From Candidatus Bathyarchaeia archaeon (GTDB lineage Bacteria > Patescibacteriota > Microgenomatia > PFEM01 > JAFGMK01): a stretch of 64,000 bases of DNA. This document shows positions 1 through 9,589 of this stretch, piece by piece. The notes beneath the pieces were generated by a model. The model did no database searches. It had not been told where the DNA came from and worked only from the letters and a program-made list of their open reading frames with translations. Every line of letters begins with the position of its first letter. The first letter of the stretch is position 1. Location: assembly GCA_035529595.1 (NCBI GenBank), contig DATKWK010000035.1:113067-177066 (forward strand). Reading direction: 5' to 3'. Made by a program: the position numbers and the translations under genes.

Positions 1-1134
1 TCTGATATATTTAGAGATATTAACTAAAATTCCGGCTGCAGTAAGTGTCAGTAATAGTGACGAACCGCCATATGAAATAAAAGGAAGCGGAATACCGGTT
101 AAAGGAACTAAAGCAACCATTGCTCCGAGATTGACTAGAGCCTGAAGTCCAAGCCAAGCGGTTATACCCGAAGCAAGCAGTTTTCCAAACATATCGGGAG
201 ACCTTTGTGCGATACGAAACCCACGAGCGATCAGTAAAGCAAAAACCAGTACCAAAAAGGAAGCACCTACAAAACCTAATTCTTCTGCAATAACAGCAAA
301 TATGGAGTCGGTTGCCGCCGCTGGTAAATATTCATATTTTTGTCTCGATTGGCCTAACCCCAAACCAAACAGATTACCCGACCCAAGCGCAATTAAAATT
401 TGTCTTATATGGTAAGAGGCTCCCAAAGGGTCTCGAAGAGGATTTAGAAAGGTTAGGAACCTAGCCTTTCGATAGGGAGAAGAAATCGCCAAAATAATTC
501 CGCCAATTATTCCGAAGATCATTAAGCCGATAACTTGAATAATTGGTGCACCCGAAACAAAATAGACCAGAAAACCACTACCTAGAATAATCACCGTCGT
601 TCCCAAATCAGGTTGAAACATCATTAGAATTACGATCAAACCGGAAACCAGCAACAGCGGTAAATAATTCTTTTTCTTAACCAGATATGCTGCCAGATAA
701 ATAATGAAGGCGAGTTTAACTATCTCTGATGGCTGAAAGTTTATTCCACCAAAATTCAACCAGCGCCGTGCTCCAAAGTGCAAAAAACCGATTCTGGGAA
801 GAATAACTAGAATCAGACCGATAAAAGAGGCAAACAGAAACAAAGGTACCAATTTTTGAAGCTTCTGATAAGGAAAAAGGGATGCAACCAGAAAACTTAC
901 AAAACCGAAGATCACCCAACGAAACTGAAGTCTAAAATAATAAAGTTTATCGGCAAAATCTCGATAGGCTTCAACTGCTGAAGCGTTAGCTACCATTATC
1001 AAACCAAACAAAGTTAAAAAAAGCACTATCCCCACTAATAACCAGTCGGGCTGGCGGACAGATGACTCAAGAGAGAGCCTTCTTTTTTTCTTTTTACCTT
1101 TAATTCTATTTTTTTTAAAGATAATTGACTTCAT
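1..1134 (-). CDS. ftsW: SEDS-family cell division protein FtsW (3' end runs off the window)
   Basis: Not in the ORF track because its stop lies outside the window. Read manually from ATG 1134: MKSIIFKKNR...GARRWLNFGGINFQPSEIVK...PFISYGGSSLL...GILVNISKYIR. GARRW, QPSE and ISYGGSS are SEDS motifs; the gene is in the dcw cluster. Confidence 0.93.
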   Translation of the reverse strand, partial: MKSIIFKKNRIKGKKKKRRLSLESSVRQPDWLLVGIVLFLTLFGLIMVANASAVEAYRDFADKLYYFRLQFRWVIFGFVSFLVASLFPYQKLQKLVPLFLFASFIGLILVILPRIGFLHFGARRWLNFGGINFQPSEIVKLAFIIYLAAYLVKKKNYLPLLLVSGLIVILMMFQPDLGTTVIILGSGFLVYFVSGAPIIQVIGLMIFGIIGGIILAISSPYRKARFLTFLNPLRDPLGASYHIRQILIALGSGNLFGLGLGQSRQKYEYLPAAATDSIFAVIAEELGFVGASFLVLVFALLIARGFRIAQRSPDMFGKLLASGITAWLGLQALVNLGAMVALVPLTGIPLPFISYGGSSLLLTLTAAGILVNISKYIR

Positions 1135-1142
1135 TCCTAATA

Positions 1143-1151
1143 ATTATAGCA
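1143..1151 (-). promoter_or_regulatory. Extended -10 element (TGcTATAAT) 8 nt upstream of the ftsW ATG
   Basis: Minus strand reads TGCTATAAT-tattagga-ATG. Confidence 0.6.
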
Positions 1152-1276
1152 AATACTTAAATTAATTCCCTCCATCCTAGCGCTAGCATTATTTGCAGTC
1201 CGATTAAATTGGACCTGGATTCCTCGATAAACTCGAAATAATGAGAGTTTATACAACGCTTTCTATTGTAATTAGA

Positions 1277-1305
1277 TTGAGGATGAGCTATTAAAAGTGT
1301 AAAAT
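1277..1305 (+). promoter_or_regulatory. Putative sigma70 promoter for murL-murD2
   Basis: TTGAGG (1277-1282), 17-nt spacer, TAAAAT (1300-1305), 17 nt before ATG 1323. Confidence 0.5.
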
Positions 1306-1322
1306 TACGCCAAGGTAGCTTG

Positions 1323-2699
1323 ATGACAGTTTCCAATTCAAACAAACAGTACCCGCGTTTTTTTTATAAAAGCTTTAGTTTTAGAAAAAAAGGTAACAAC
1401 CTATTTTTATCTTTCGAGTTCTTCACTGAACCTAATCTTTATTTTAAACCGGAACTGGTGATTTTTAACCTTCCCCAATATACCCAGAACTTAGATAAGG
1501 ACTTACTTAACAATCTGGTTTTTCACCTGGGACTAATAGAAATCTTAAGCTACTGGAAGGCAACTTGCTCTCCAGAGATTATCATCGAAGCCGGTTACTT
1601 GAACAAAAAACAGATCAGTTGGTGGCACAATTTAATACTAAAAGGAATGGGTGAGTTTTTCTACACAAATCAGATTGATTTTAAACGGAAAAACTTTCTG
1701 ACGATAAAGAATGCTCACCTAAAAACTAAATTCACCCGTAAAACAGAAAAAGCCGGACTTAATTCCAAGACATTTCTGGTCCCGTTTGCCGGCGGAAAAG
1801 ATTCGATCGTCACCGCCCAACTACTAAAGAAAAACAAGGAAGATTTCAGACTTTTTTGTCTTAATCCAACCTCTTCATGCTTAAAAAGCATAGAATTAAT
1901 CACTACTAAGCAACCAATTATTGTTCAAAGAACAATTGATCCGCAGCTGCTGGAATTAAATAAAAGAGGTTATCTTAACGGCCATACCCCATTTACAGCC
2001 TATCTGTCTTTTTTAGGTGTTATCTGCACTGTCTTATTCGACTGCGGCACCGTAATTTTTTCCAATGAAAGAAGCGCTAATGAGGGAAATCTCATCTATC
2101 GCAGCCAGATGATCAACCATCAATATTCTAAAAGTTGGGAATTTGAAAAAAAGTTTTCTAGGTACTGCCGTAAATATCTAATTCAAGTTAATTATTTAAG
2201 TTTATTACGACCTCTTTATGAGATTCAAATCACCAAAATATTTTCACGGTATCCTCAATATTTTGGCCATTTCAAAAGCTGTAATGTTGGTCAAAAAGAA
2301 AACATTTGGTGCCAACACTGCGCGAAATGCTTAGCCACATTTACTCTTCTTTATCCCTTTATCAGCCAGAAAAAAATTATTGAAATCTTCGGTATTAATC
2401 TTCTTGACGAAAAAGATAACTTGCCTATTCTTAAAAAACTTCTCGGAACAGTAGGTTTTAAACCTTTTGAATGTGTTCCAACTAAAGAGGAAGTAAAAAG
2501 TGCTCTGTATTTAGCTTACAAAAAAGACCAGAAAAATAAATACAAGCTTTCGTTAGCTTTGAGATACTTTAAGTCACGATATTTTCCGGAATTCAAGTAT
2601 TTACAGAAGTCGGCAAAAGAAATATTAAATTCCTGGGGTAAAAACCATAGCCTTACGAAAAGATTGACAAAAGTTCTCAAAGAGGCAATGCGGGGATGA
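1323..2699 (+). CDS. murL: UDP-MurNAc-L-Ala-L-Glu epimerase (MurL family)
   Basis: PP-loop-like FAGGKDS plus NGHTPFTA, SNERSANEGN, NHQYSKS, SCN, WCQHCAKC and KPFEC motifs, as I recall from the MurL family. Overlaps the next gene, murD, by ATGA. ATG 1323 preferred over TTG 1320. Confidence 0.85.
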   Translation: MTVSNSNKQYPRFFYKSFSFRKKGNNLFLSFEFFTEPNLYFKPELVIFNLPQYTQNLDKDLLNNLVFHLGLIEILSYWKATCSPEIIIEAGYLNKKQISWWHNLILKGMGEFFYTNQIDFKRKNFLTIKNAHLKTKFTRKTEKAGLNSKTFLVPFAGGKDSIVTAQLLKKNKEDFRLFCLNPTSSCLKSIELITTKQPIIVQRTIDPQLLELNKRGYLNGHTPFTAYLSFLGVICTVLFDCGTVIFSNERSANEGNLIYRSQMINHQYSKSWEFEKKFSRYCRKYLIQVNYLSLLRPLYEIQITKIFSRYPQYFGHFKSCNVGQKENIWCQHCAKCLATFTLLYPFISQKKIIEIFGINLLDEKDNLPILKKLLGTVGFKPFECVPTKEEVKSALYLAYKKDQKNKYKLSLALRYFKSRYFPEFKYLQKSAKEILNSWGKNHSLTKRLTKVLKEAMRG

Positions 2700-4123
2700 A
2701 AAAAAGGGAGAAATTACTGCTTTTTTTAAAAGATAAGAAGATACTTATTCTCGGTTTTGGCAGTGAAGGCCAGGCTGCCTATACGTATCTTCGGCAAAAC
2801 TTTCCCCAAAAAATAATTGGGGTTGCTGATCGTCTGACAACAAAAAAGTTCGGAGAAAAACAACAAAATATTCTTAAAAGTGATAAGCAATTAAAAATTC
2901 ATTTAGGGAGGAAATACCTAGGTGATCTTAATAAATATGATCTGATCATTAAATCTCCGGGTGTCCCTAGTCATTTACCCCAAATAAAAACATTCATAAA
3001 AAGGGGCGGAAAGATTACTTCTCAAACAGAATTGCTGCTTGAATATTGCCCGGGTGAAATCGTCGGTGTCACCGGAACTAAAGGAAAGACAACGACGGCA
3101 AGTCTTATATATGAGATTCTTAGAACGAAATTTAGGGACGTCCGCCTGGTTGGAAATATCGGTCATACTTCACTGTCGTTTGTTAACCGGGCGAGAAAAA
3201 ATACTATCTTTGTCTTTGAATTTTCCAGTCATCAGCTAGTCAGTCTTAAGGTTAGTCCGCATGTCGCCGTTTTCCTAAATATCTTTCCGGAACATTTAGA
3301 TTATTACTCGAATTTCAGAAAATATTTACGGGCTAAAGAAAACATTACTCTCCATCAAAAAACGAATGATTATTTTATTTATAATCGGGCATTTCCGGAT
3401 ATCCGCCGAATCGCCAGCAAGACTCGGGCAAATAATATCCCTTTTTCTCTTGAAGCGCGAAAAGGCAGCATTTGTTTTATAAAAGATAATTATCTTTTAT
3501 ACCGAAAGGAAAGAATTATCAAGACAACTGAGGTTCCTCTTCTTGGCCGCTTCAATCTCCAGAACGTTATGCCGGCTGTAATCGTTGCCAAGTTATACCA
3601 TATTCCTAACCGGGAGATTGTTAAGACAATCGGTAACTTTCATCCCGTTAAACATCGGTTGGAAAAAGTCGGTACCTTTAATGAAATTATTTTCTACAAT
3701 GACTCGATCGCAACTATTCCTCAAGCAACTATTGCCGCCCTCGAGGCATTGGGTAATCAAGTGGAAACACTTATCTTAGGTGGATATGAGCGCCATTTAA
3801 ATTATCATCAACTGGCAACAAAAATTTTGGAGACCAAACTTAAAAACTTAATTCTGTTCCCCACGACAGGTAAAGAAATCTGGCGCAATATCAAGCTAGA
3901 AATCGGAGATAGAAAAAGCAACCTTCCTAATCATCTATTTACTAAAGAAATGGAGAAAGCCGTAGTCTGGGCTTACCGGTACACTAGTCCGGGTAAAATT
4001 TGCTTGCTTTCACCAGCCGCAGCCAGTTTCAATCTGTTTCGGGATTACCAGGAGAGAGGAAACCTTTTCAAGAAATATGTCAAAAAAATTGGGCAGGCCT
4101 CCTCAGATAACCGCCAACCATAG
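2696..4123 (+). CDS. murD: UDP-MurNAc-L-Ala--glutamate ligase, probably the L-Glu-adding MurD2 type
   Basis: ILGFGSEG, KSPGVP, GTKGKTTT, EFSSHQL, HLDYY, NDSIAT and LLSPAAASF motifs; coupled to murL. Confidence 0.92.
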   Translation: MKKREKLLLFLKDKKILILGFGSEGQAAYTYLRQNFPQKIIGVADRLTTKKFGEKQQNILKSDKQLKIHLGRKYLGDLNKYDLIIKSPGVPSHLPQIKTFIKRGGKITSQTELLLEYCPGEIVGVTGTKGKTTTASLIYEILRTKFRDVRLVGNIGHTSLSFVNRARKNTIFVFEFSSHQLVSLKVSPHVAVFLNIFPEHLDYYSNFRKYLRAKENITLHQKTNDYFIYNRAFPDIRRIASKTRANNIPFSLEARKGSICFIKDNYLLYRKERIIKTTEVPLLGRFNLQNVMPAVIVAKLYHIPNREIVKTIGNFHPVKHRLEKVGTFNEIIFYNDSIATIPQATIAALEALGNQVETLILGGYERHLNYHQLATKILETKLKNLILFPTTGKEIWRNIKLEIGDRKSNLPNHLFTKEMEKAVVWAYRYTSPGKICLLSPAAASFNLFRDYQERGNLFKKYVKKIGQASSDNRQP

Positions 4124-5134
4124 GCCAAAAAGCGCCAAAATCAAACCGGCCAACCAGGCGCGCATTACAATTTTTGGCTCCTCCCAACCTCGGTTTTGCA
4201 GCCATAAATGAAACGGAGCAACCGCAAAAGCTTTTTTCTTTAAAAAATTTTTAGATAATATTTGGATTAAGCTGGTAGAAATCTCCACAATGTAGAGACC
4301 GCCTATTATAGCCAAAGCGGCGATCTTTCCGATTAACAATCCAACTACGGCTAAGGTAGCCCCAAATGATAAAGCACCAACATCTCCCAGCCAGAGACGT
4401 GCTGGATAAACATTGAAGTATAAAAAAGCGATAATTGCCCCAAGCCAGATTGAAATAAATGCCGACAGGACAGTATCGATTACGGTATGCGAGAGAATCC
4501 AAAAAGCAAAAAGACAAATCATTAGCAGGCCGGTTGAAAGACCGTCCAAGCCGTCAGTAATGTTATAGGCATTAGCAAAAGATACGATTATGAAGGCACT
4601 TAGAGGCACAAACCATAGTCCGAGATCAATTTCTCCTAAAAAAGGAATATAGATAAAGTCGATTCCTAAATTAAAATATAAGAGTATGGCAACGACGATG
4701 GCTAAAATGCACTGGATGAGGAATTTTTCACGAAGTCTCAGACCGAAAAAACCGCTTTTTTCAAAACCAAAGAATTTATGGAAATCGTCATATAAGCCCA
4801 ATAGGCCAAACGATATAAAAGAAAAAAAAATAACGTTAAGTTCTTCTTTAATTGGATGAGCTGTTGAAATATAAACACCTAAAATATTTATCAGGGGAAA
4901 CAGAATAACGTAGAGAAGACATACCATAATGATAATTAATAGGCCTCCGCCGACCGGCGTCCCTTCCTTTTTACTATGAAGCCTATCAAAAATCTTTGCC
5001 CTCAAACCCAGGAAATCGCGAGTTATTTGTTTCTGCCGTAAAAATTTCAATCTGTATAGAAGATTGATAAAAGGCACAATCAAAACCGAAGTAATAATAA
5101 AGGAAAAGATTAAAAGCCCCAGATAAAGAGACAT
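4103..5134 (-). CDS. mraY: Phospho-N-acetylmuramoyl-pentapeptide transferase
   Basis: Multi-TM protein with GTPVGGG, GLYDD, NAYNITDGLDGL and LGDVG; loop E reads APFHLWLQ. Confidence 0.88.
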   Translation of the reverse strand: MSLYLGLLIFSFIITSVLIVPFINLLYRLKFLRQKQITRDFLGLRAKIFDRLHSKKEGTPVGGGLLIIIMVCLLYVILFPLINILGVYISTAHPIKEELNVIFFSFISFGLLGLYDDFHKFFGFEKSGFFGLRLREKFLIQCILAIVVAILLYFNLGIDFIYIPFLGEIDLGLWFVPLSAFIIVSFANAYNITDGLDGLSTGLLMICLFAFWILSHTVIDTVLSAFISIWLGAIIAFLYFNVYPARLWLGDVGALSFGATLAVVGLLIGKIAALAIIGGLYIVEISTSLIQILSKNFLKKKAFAVAPFHLWLQNRGWEEPKIVMRAWLAGLILALFGLWLAVI

Positions 5135-5157
5135 AAAAACAATCCAGAGTCAAGAAA

Positions 5158-5547
5158 TTAAAAATTTACCATTAACTTGATAAGTTTAGGCATGAAAATC
5201 AAGCCACCTACAATCACTGAACCGACGACCCCTAACAAGACCATTCCGGAAGCTACGTCCTTAGCCATTTTTGCTTTCTGGTGCCATTCTTCTTTTACTA
5301 AATCAGTTATTGCCTCAAGTGAAGTATTAATCATCTCTACGGTCACAACAGCAAAAATTGCCCAGACAATCATAGTAAATTCTATAAGAGAAACTTTCAA
5401 TACCAAAGCAACGACAAAAACCAAAACCGAAATAATTCCCATTAACTTGAGATTTCTCTCATTCCTGAAAGAAAGAACTATTCCAGAAATCGCATTCTTA
5501 AAGGACTGCTTATGATTGCCATTTTTCATGTGACCAAAACCACTCAT
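5158..5547 (-). CDS. dgkA: DgkA-family diacylglycerol/undecaprenol kinase
   Basis: ERN, EMINTSLEAITD and AKMAKDVASG motifs; about 3 TM segments; adjacent to mraY. Confidence 0.88.
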   Translation of the reverse strand: MSGFGHMKNGNHKQSFKNAISGIVLSFRNERNLKLMGIISVLVFVVALVLKVSLIEFTMIVWAIFAVVTVEMINTSLEAITDLVKEEWHQKAKMAKDVASGMVLLGVVGSVIVGGLIFMPKLIKLMVNF

Positions 5548-5607
5548 GCATGTAAGAGTCTATTACATTCTACTCGGCTTAGTCAAGAAACAGAAACAAT
5601 TCTAACA

Positions 5608-6621
5608 TTAGAGATGACGAAAGACCCGCCTAAGAGTTTCAAAACAATATGTAACCCCGTAACGAATAGAGAGCGGCAGATCCTGGGCATGAAGCCAGTT
5701 AACCCGCTGACCTCCGAAACCTTTTTTAAAGGTTGTTACGCCGGCAAAACGATGACGAGGATTATCATTAGGCGCAATGCCCCAAAAATTATAAATGCGG
5801 CAGCCTCTTTTTTTGGCCTCTTTGATTGCCTCCCACTGAATCAGGTGGGAAGCAGGAACCCGGCTGGCTCCATGGGTTGAACCCGAATAGTGGTATACCG
5901 CCGTATCACCGTAAAATATTATCATTGAGACAGCGATAATCTTTTTTTGGTATTCAGCTAAAAGTAAAAGCGCTTGATTATCTCCGGTAAAAACCTCAAA
6001 TTGTTTTCTTAAAAATTCGTACGAAAAAGGGACGAATTTATGCCGCTTGGCCGTATCCAGTTGAAAACGATACAATATCTTGATATCTCTTATATCTCGA
6101 CTAAAAAGTATGCGCACCTTGCCCTTGGTCGCCTTCCTGATACAGTGACGAGTGGTTTTTCTCATGCCGGCTAACAATTCACTTTCAGGAGAACTAAGAT
6201 CAAGTTGCCAAGTCGTTTCCGCATGCATATGCATTGGCGCATTTAGAAAGCCAGCTTTCTTAAAGAACCGGCGGTTTTGGTCGTTATCAGAAATCGAAGG
6301 CCTGACTCTGATAAAAACTGCCTTTTCCAGTTTCCCCAAATTCTTAAGATAACTGACAAACTCTTTAAAATAATTTTGATTTTGCCAATCAAATAAAGGC
6401 CCGCCGGGACAAGAAAGATAAGTACCCCTTTTGGCTTGTTCTTTTATTAATAAAGACACCCCGACCAGCCTTTTTTTCTCGAAAAAACCTAAACGAAATA
6501 TTTTTTCTCCCAAGGCTTGGTAAAACTCTCCCCAGCTCCAAGATTGAAGGAAAACATTGGGGTTATGACTCAAGACAAATCTATCCCAAATATTTTTATT
6601 ATCGACCGGTTTTAACTCCAT
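5608..6621 (-). CDS. femX: FemABX-family tRNA-dependent aminoacyltransferase (FemX-like)
   Basis: FLQSWSWGEF, MRKTTRHCIRKA, YHYSGS, YNFWGI and GVTTFKKGFGG motifs. ATG 6621 preferred. Confidence 0.85.
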   Translation of the reverse strand: MELKPVDNKNIWDRFVLSHNPNVFLQSWSWGEFYQALGEKIFRLGFFEKKRLVGVSLLIKEQAKRGTYLSCPGGPLFDWQNQNYFKEFVSYLKNLGKLEKAVFIRVRPSISDNDQNRRFFKKAGFLNAPMHMHAETTWQLDLSSPESELLAGMRKTTRHCIRKATKGKVRILFSRDIRDIKILYRFQLDTAKRHKFVPFSYEFLRKQFEVFTGDNQALLLLAEYQKKIIAVSMIIFYGDTAVYHYSGSTHGASRVPASHLIQWEAIKEAKKRGCRIYNFWGIAPNDNPRHRFAGVTTFKKGFGGQRVNWLHAQDLPLSIRYGVTYCFETLRRVFRHL

Positions 6622-7867
6622 AATCAAAAAATTGTCTGATTACTTTAATAACTTTTTTTGCCTCTCTTAAGCCGATTTTCGGATGAGTTGGTAAATTAAC
6701 AACCAGAGGAGAAGTCTTTTCCGCTACCGGACAAGTTTTGGGATCATAACCAATCACCGAATAATTTACTCCCGGTGGTGAAATTGACGGATAATACCAA
6801 TTATTTAAAATCACTTCTCTAATCTTTGCAAATCGGTATAATTTCTGGGCCTTTTCGGTTTTAATCGTAAACCGCAGCAAAGGAAAAACATTTGCCCCTT
6901 CCTGATAGTTGGGTAACTCAATCGGTAAATTCTCTAAACCGGCTGCATAAAGCTTGACTATTCTTTGGCGGTTTTCATTAAACTGTGAAAGTTTAGCTAA
7001 TTGAAAGCACGCCAACAAGGCTAAACTATTTGGGATCCGGCCGATAAAATAAGAAGGTAAAATGCCTCTTTGCTCGCAATCTTGCACCGGATTGATAAAT
7101 ATTCTCAGCTTCTGAAAAAAGACTAAAAGAATTTTTCCTAACGAAAAAAAATTGTAGACCGACAAAATAAGACTAAATAAAACCAGGTAAAGCAATTGAC
7201 GAAAAACAAAAAAACGGGTTGGGTAAGAAAGCGATCGATGATATTTTTTTAGCTTATTAAATAGTTTTTGATCTTTGGTAATGACCATTCCCCCGAAAAC
7301 GGAAGAAATGACTTTGTCTCTGCCAAAACTGAAAAAAGCCGCCTCTCCAAAAGTACCCAATTTTTTTCCAACGAAGGAAGCACCAATCACGTGAGCGCAA
7401 TCTTCAATCATCTTCAGTCCATATTTAGCGGCAATTTTGACAATTTCGTTGACCGGGGCCGGGTAACCGAAAGTATGTTGAACGATAATTGCTTTACTTT
7501 TAGGAGTAATTTTCCTGGCTAGATCATCCGGGTCCATATTGAATGAATCCTTGTCAATATCAACATAAACCGGTTTTGCTCCACATTTAATAACGCTGTT
7601 GGCAACTACCACGCAGGTAAACGCTTGAAGTAAAACTTCATCCCCTTTGGCAATACCTAAACAATTAAGAATCGCCAGCAAGCCGGTCCGGCCGTTAAGA
7701 AAACTAATCGTTCGAAAACCGGGATAGATATTTTCAAAGTCGGTTTCAAGTTGTTTGGTCCCTTTACCATGAACCCAATTTTTCGGTTGGAAAATTAACT
7801 TTAAAGCTTTCAGTATATCGGCAGCGTTGTTATTAGGCAACAAAGAGACGGAAATCGGCTTAAACAT
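6599..7867 (-). CDS. DegT/DnrJ/EryC1/StrS family PLP-dependent aminotransferase
   Basis: GDEVLLQAFTCVVV, QHTFG, IEDCAH, FSFGRDK (PLP lysine) and NLPTHP. Confidence 0.88.
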   Translation of the reverse strand: MFKPISVSLLPNNNAADILKALKLIFQPKNWVHGKGTKQLETDFENIYPGFRTISFLNGRTGLLAILNCLGIAKGDEVLLQAFTCVVVANSVIKCGAKPVYVDIDKDSFNMDPDDLARKITPKSKAIIVQHTFGYPAPVNEIVKIAAKYGLKMIEDCAHVIGASFVGKKLGTFGEAAFFSFGRDKVISSVFGGMVITKDQKLFNKLKKYHRSLSYPTRFFVFRQLLYLVLFSLILSVYNFFSLGKILLVFFQKLRIFINPVQDCEQRGILPSYFIGRIPNSLALLACFQLAKLSQFNENRQRIVKLYAAGLENLPIELPNYQEGANVFPLLRFTIKTEKAQKLYRFAKIREVILNNWYYPSISPPGVNYSVIGYDPKTCPVAEKTSPLVVNLPTHPKIGLREAKKVIKVIRQFFDYGVKTGR

Positions 7868-7870
7868 GAA

Positions 7871-9586
7871 TCAATTTCCCTCTGCTTTCTGAAAAACTTT
7901 TAGGTATTTATTAGCCTCTCTTCCTTCAAAAAGAACAACGTCATCTTTTTTCAGTAAAGAAAATATCTTTTGACGAAGATACCTTGGCGAACCGACTAGT
8001 GAAATTTTTTTTCGTTCTTCTTGATTAATACCAGCCAAAATTTCACGAAAATAATTTCGATTGGTTAAGAAAATTTGATCACAAATCTTAGTCGCTTTTC
8101 TAAAAACACGTTTGTGCTCAATCCAAGTTGCCTTACCCAGTTCGATCATTGGTTGAAAGATTAAAAACCTCTGTCCCAAGAATAGCTTTAAGTAATTAAG
8201 TGCCGCTAAAACACCTTCCGGATTACTATTGTATGTATCATTAATCAAAGTCGAATGATTCGGACCCTCAACCGAATTCATAGTTCCTGGCAATGACTTG
8301 ATCTTATCAATTTCTTGAGAAATTTCTTTCAAAGTTAATCCTAAATTAGATGCTATCGCAGTTGCCGCTAACAGGTTACTGATGTTTTGTTTACCCAATA
8401 GTCTGGCTTGAAATGTTTGTTTTTCTTCTCCTTTGGTAACTTGAAAATTAAGTTTATCCTTGAAAACCTTTATTTTAGAAGCATATAAATCAGTTTGGTA
8501 ATTTTTAGTTGAATAAAGTATTTTTTTTAAGCGGGTCAATTGAGAAAATTTTAAACATAATTTATCATCTGCATTTAAGATCACTAGACCGTTTCCCGGT
8601 AAACTATCAATCAACTCAAATTTTGCTTCCACTAAGTTTTCAAGTTTACCAAAAAGTGACAGATGTTGAGTTCCTAAGCCGGTGATTACACCAATTTCAG
8701 GTTTAACAACATCGCAAATCGTTTTGATTTCGCCTTTTTTATAGGCACCCATTTCAACAATATAAAATTGATCATTTCCGTCAAGTTCCAACAATATTTG
8801 CCTTGCTATACCAATTGCCGTATTATGATGAACATGCGTTGCCAAGATTTTAAATCGGCTATTTAAGATCGATGCAAGAAACTCTTTAGTGCTGGTTTTT
8901 CCGAAACTTCCGGTAATCCCGATTACTTTCAAGTCAGGATAAGTTTTTATTTTCTTAATTGCTTTTCTGATAATTTCCCTTTTAAAAAATAAGCTCGGTA
9001 AAGCAAGGGAAGCGACTGAAATAGCCACCCAAACCGCTATTAAAATGTCAGCCTCAAGGAAAACCTGTAGAACTCCGTCTGCGTAACGATTTATTTGGGC
9101 AACTTTAAAGCGGAAAAGCAAAAAACAAACTTGAAGCGAGACAGACTCAAGAGTAATTAATAAAGCTTTAAGAGTAAACTTAGGTCTTCTGAATTGATGA
9201 CGGAAGACCCGGCCTAAAATATAAAACATCTCACTGTAAAAAACTCCGCCCCACAGAACCCAATGGATATACCTGGCTTTGGCAAAAATTATAAAAACAT
9301 TCCCGTCGATAAAAAGGAATAACCAAACTAAAATCTTAAGAAGCAAATGAATATTTAACAAATCCCTTTTGCCTTGATAAGTTTTAAAGTAGTCCTTCAG
9401 CCGATCGAAACGGTACTCCTTTAACTGCCAAAGATAAAGAAAAGAAAAAAGATTACCCAAAACGACAACCACATAATAGACAGAAAACAGATCTCCCAAT
9501 AAAAAAGTAAGCAACTTGTTGCCGATGGGTAAAAGAAAAGTCACTATAAAGAACAGAATTGATGCGAAAAAAATAAAATATTCCAT
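7871..9586 (-). CDS. murF: UDP-MurNAc-tripeptide--D-Ala-D-Ala ligase with an N-terminal multi-TM domain
   Basis: About 200-aa hydrophobic N-terminus, then GITGSFGKTSTKE, VEMGA, NDTYNSNP and MIELG. Confidence 0.85.
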   Translation of the reverse strand: MEYFIFFASILFFIVTFLLPIGNKLLTFLLGDLFSVYYVVVVLGNLFSFLYLWQLKEYRFDRLKDYFKTYQGKRDLLNIHLLLKILVWLFLFIDGNVFIIFAKARYIHWVLWGGVFYSEMFYILGRVFRHQFRRPKFTLKALLITLESVSLQVCFLLFRFKVAQINRYADGVLQVFLEADILIAVWVAISVASLALPSLFFKREIIRKAIKKIKTYPDLKVIGITGSFGKTSTKEFLASILNSRFKILATHVHHNTAIGIARQILLELDGNDQFYIVEMGAYKKGEIKTICDVVKPEIGVITGLGTQHLSLFGKLENLVEAKFELIDSLPGNGLVILNADDKLCLKFSQLTRLKKILYSTKNYQTDLYASKIKVFKDKLNFQVTKGEEKQTFQARLLGKQNISNLLAATAIASNLGLTLKEISQEIDKIKSLPGTMNSVEGPNHSTLINDTYNSNPEGVLAALNYLKLFLGQRFLIFQPMIELGKATWIEHKRVFRKATKICDQIFLTNRNYFREILAGINQEERKKISLVGSPRYLRQKIFSLLKKDDVVLFEGREANKYLKVFQKAEGN

Positions 9587-9589
9587 TTT

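Noticed and set aside
716-919. 67-aa minus-strand ORF in the track
   Set aside because: Alternative frame inside ftsW; the real frame (ATG 1134) carries the SEDS motifs.
1157-1345. 62-aa ORF in the ftsW-murL spacer
   Set aside because: Overlaps the murL start and promoter region; no recognisable protein features.
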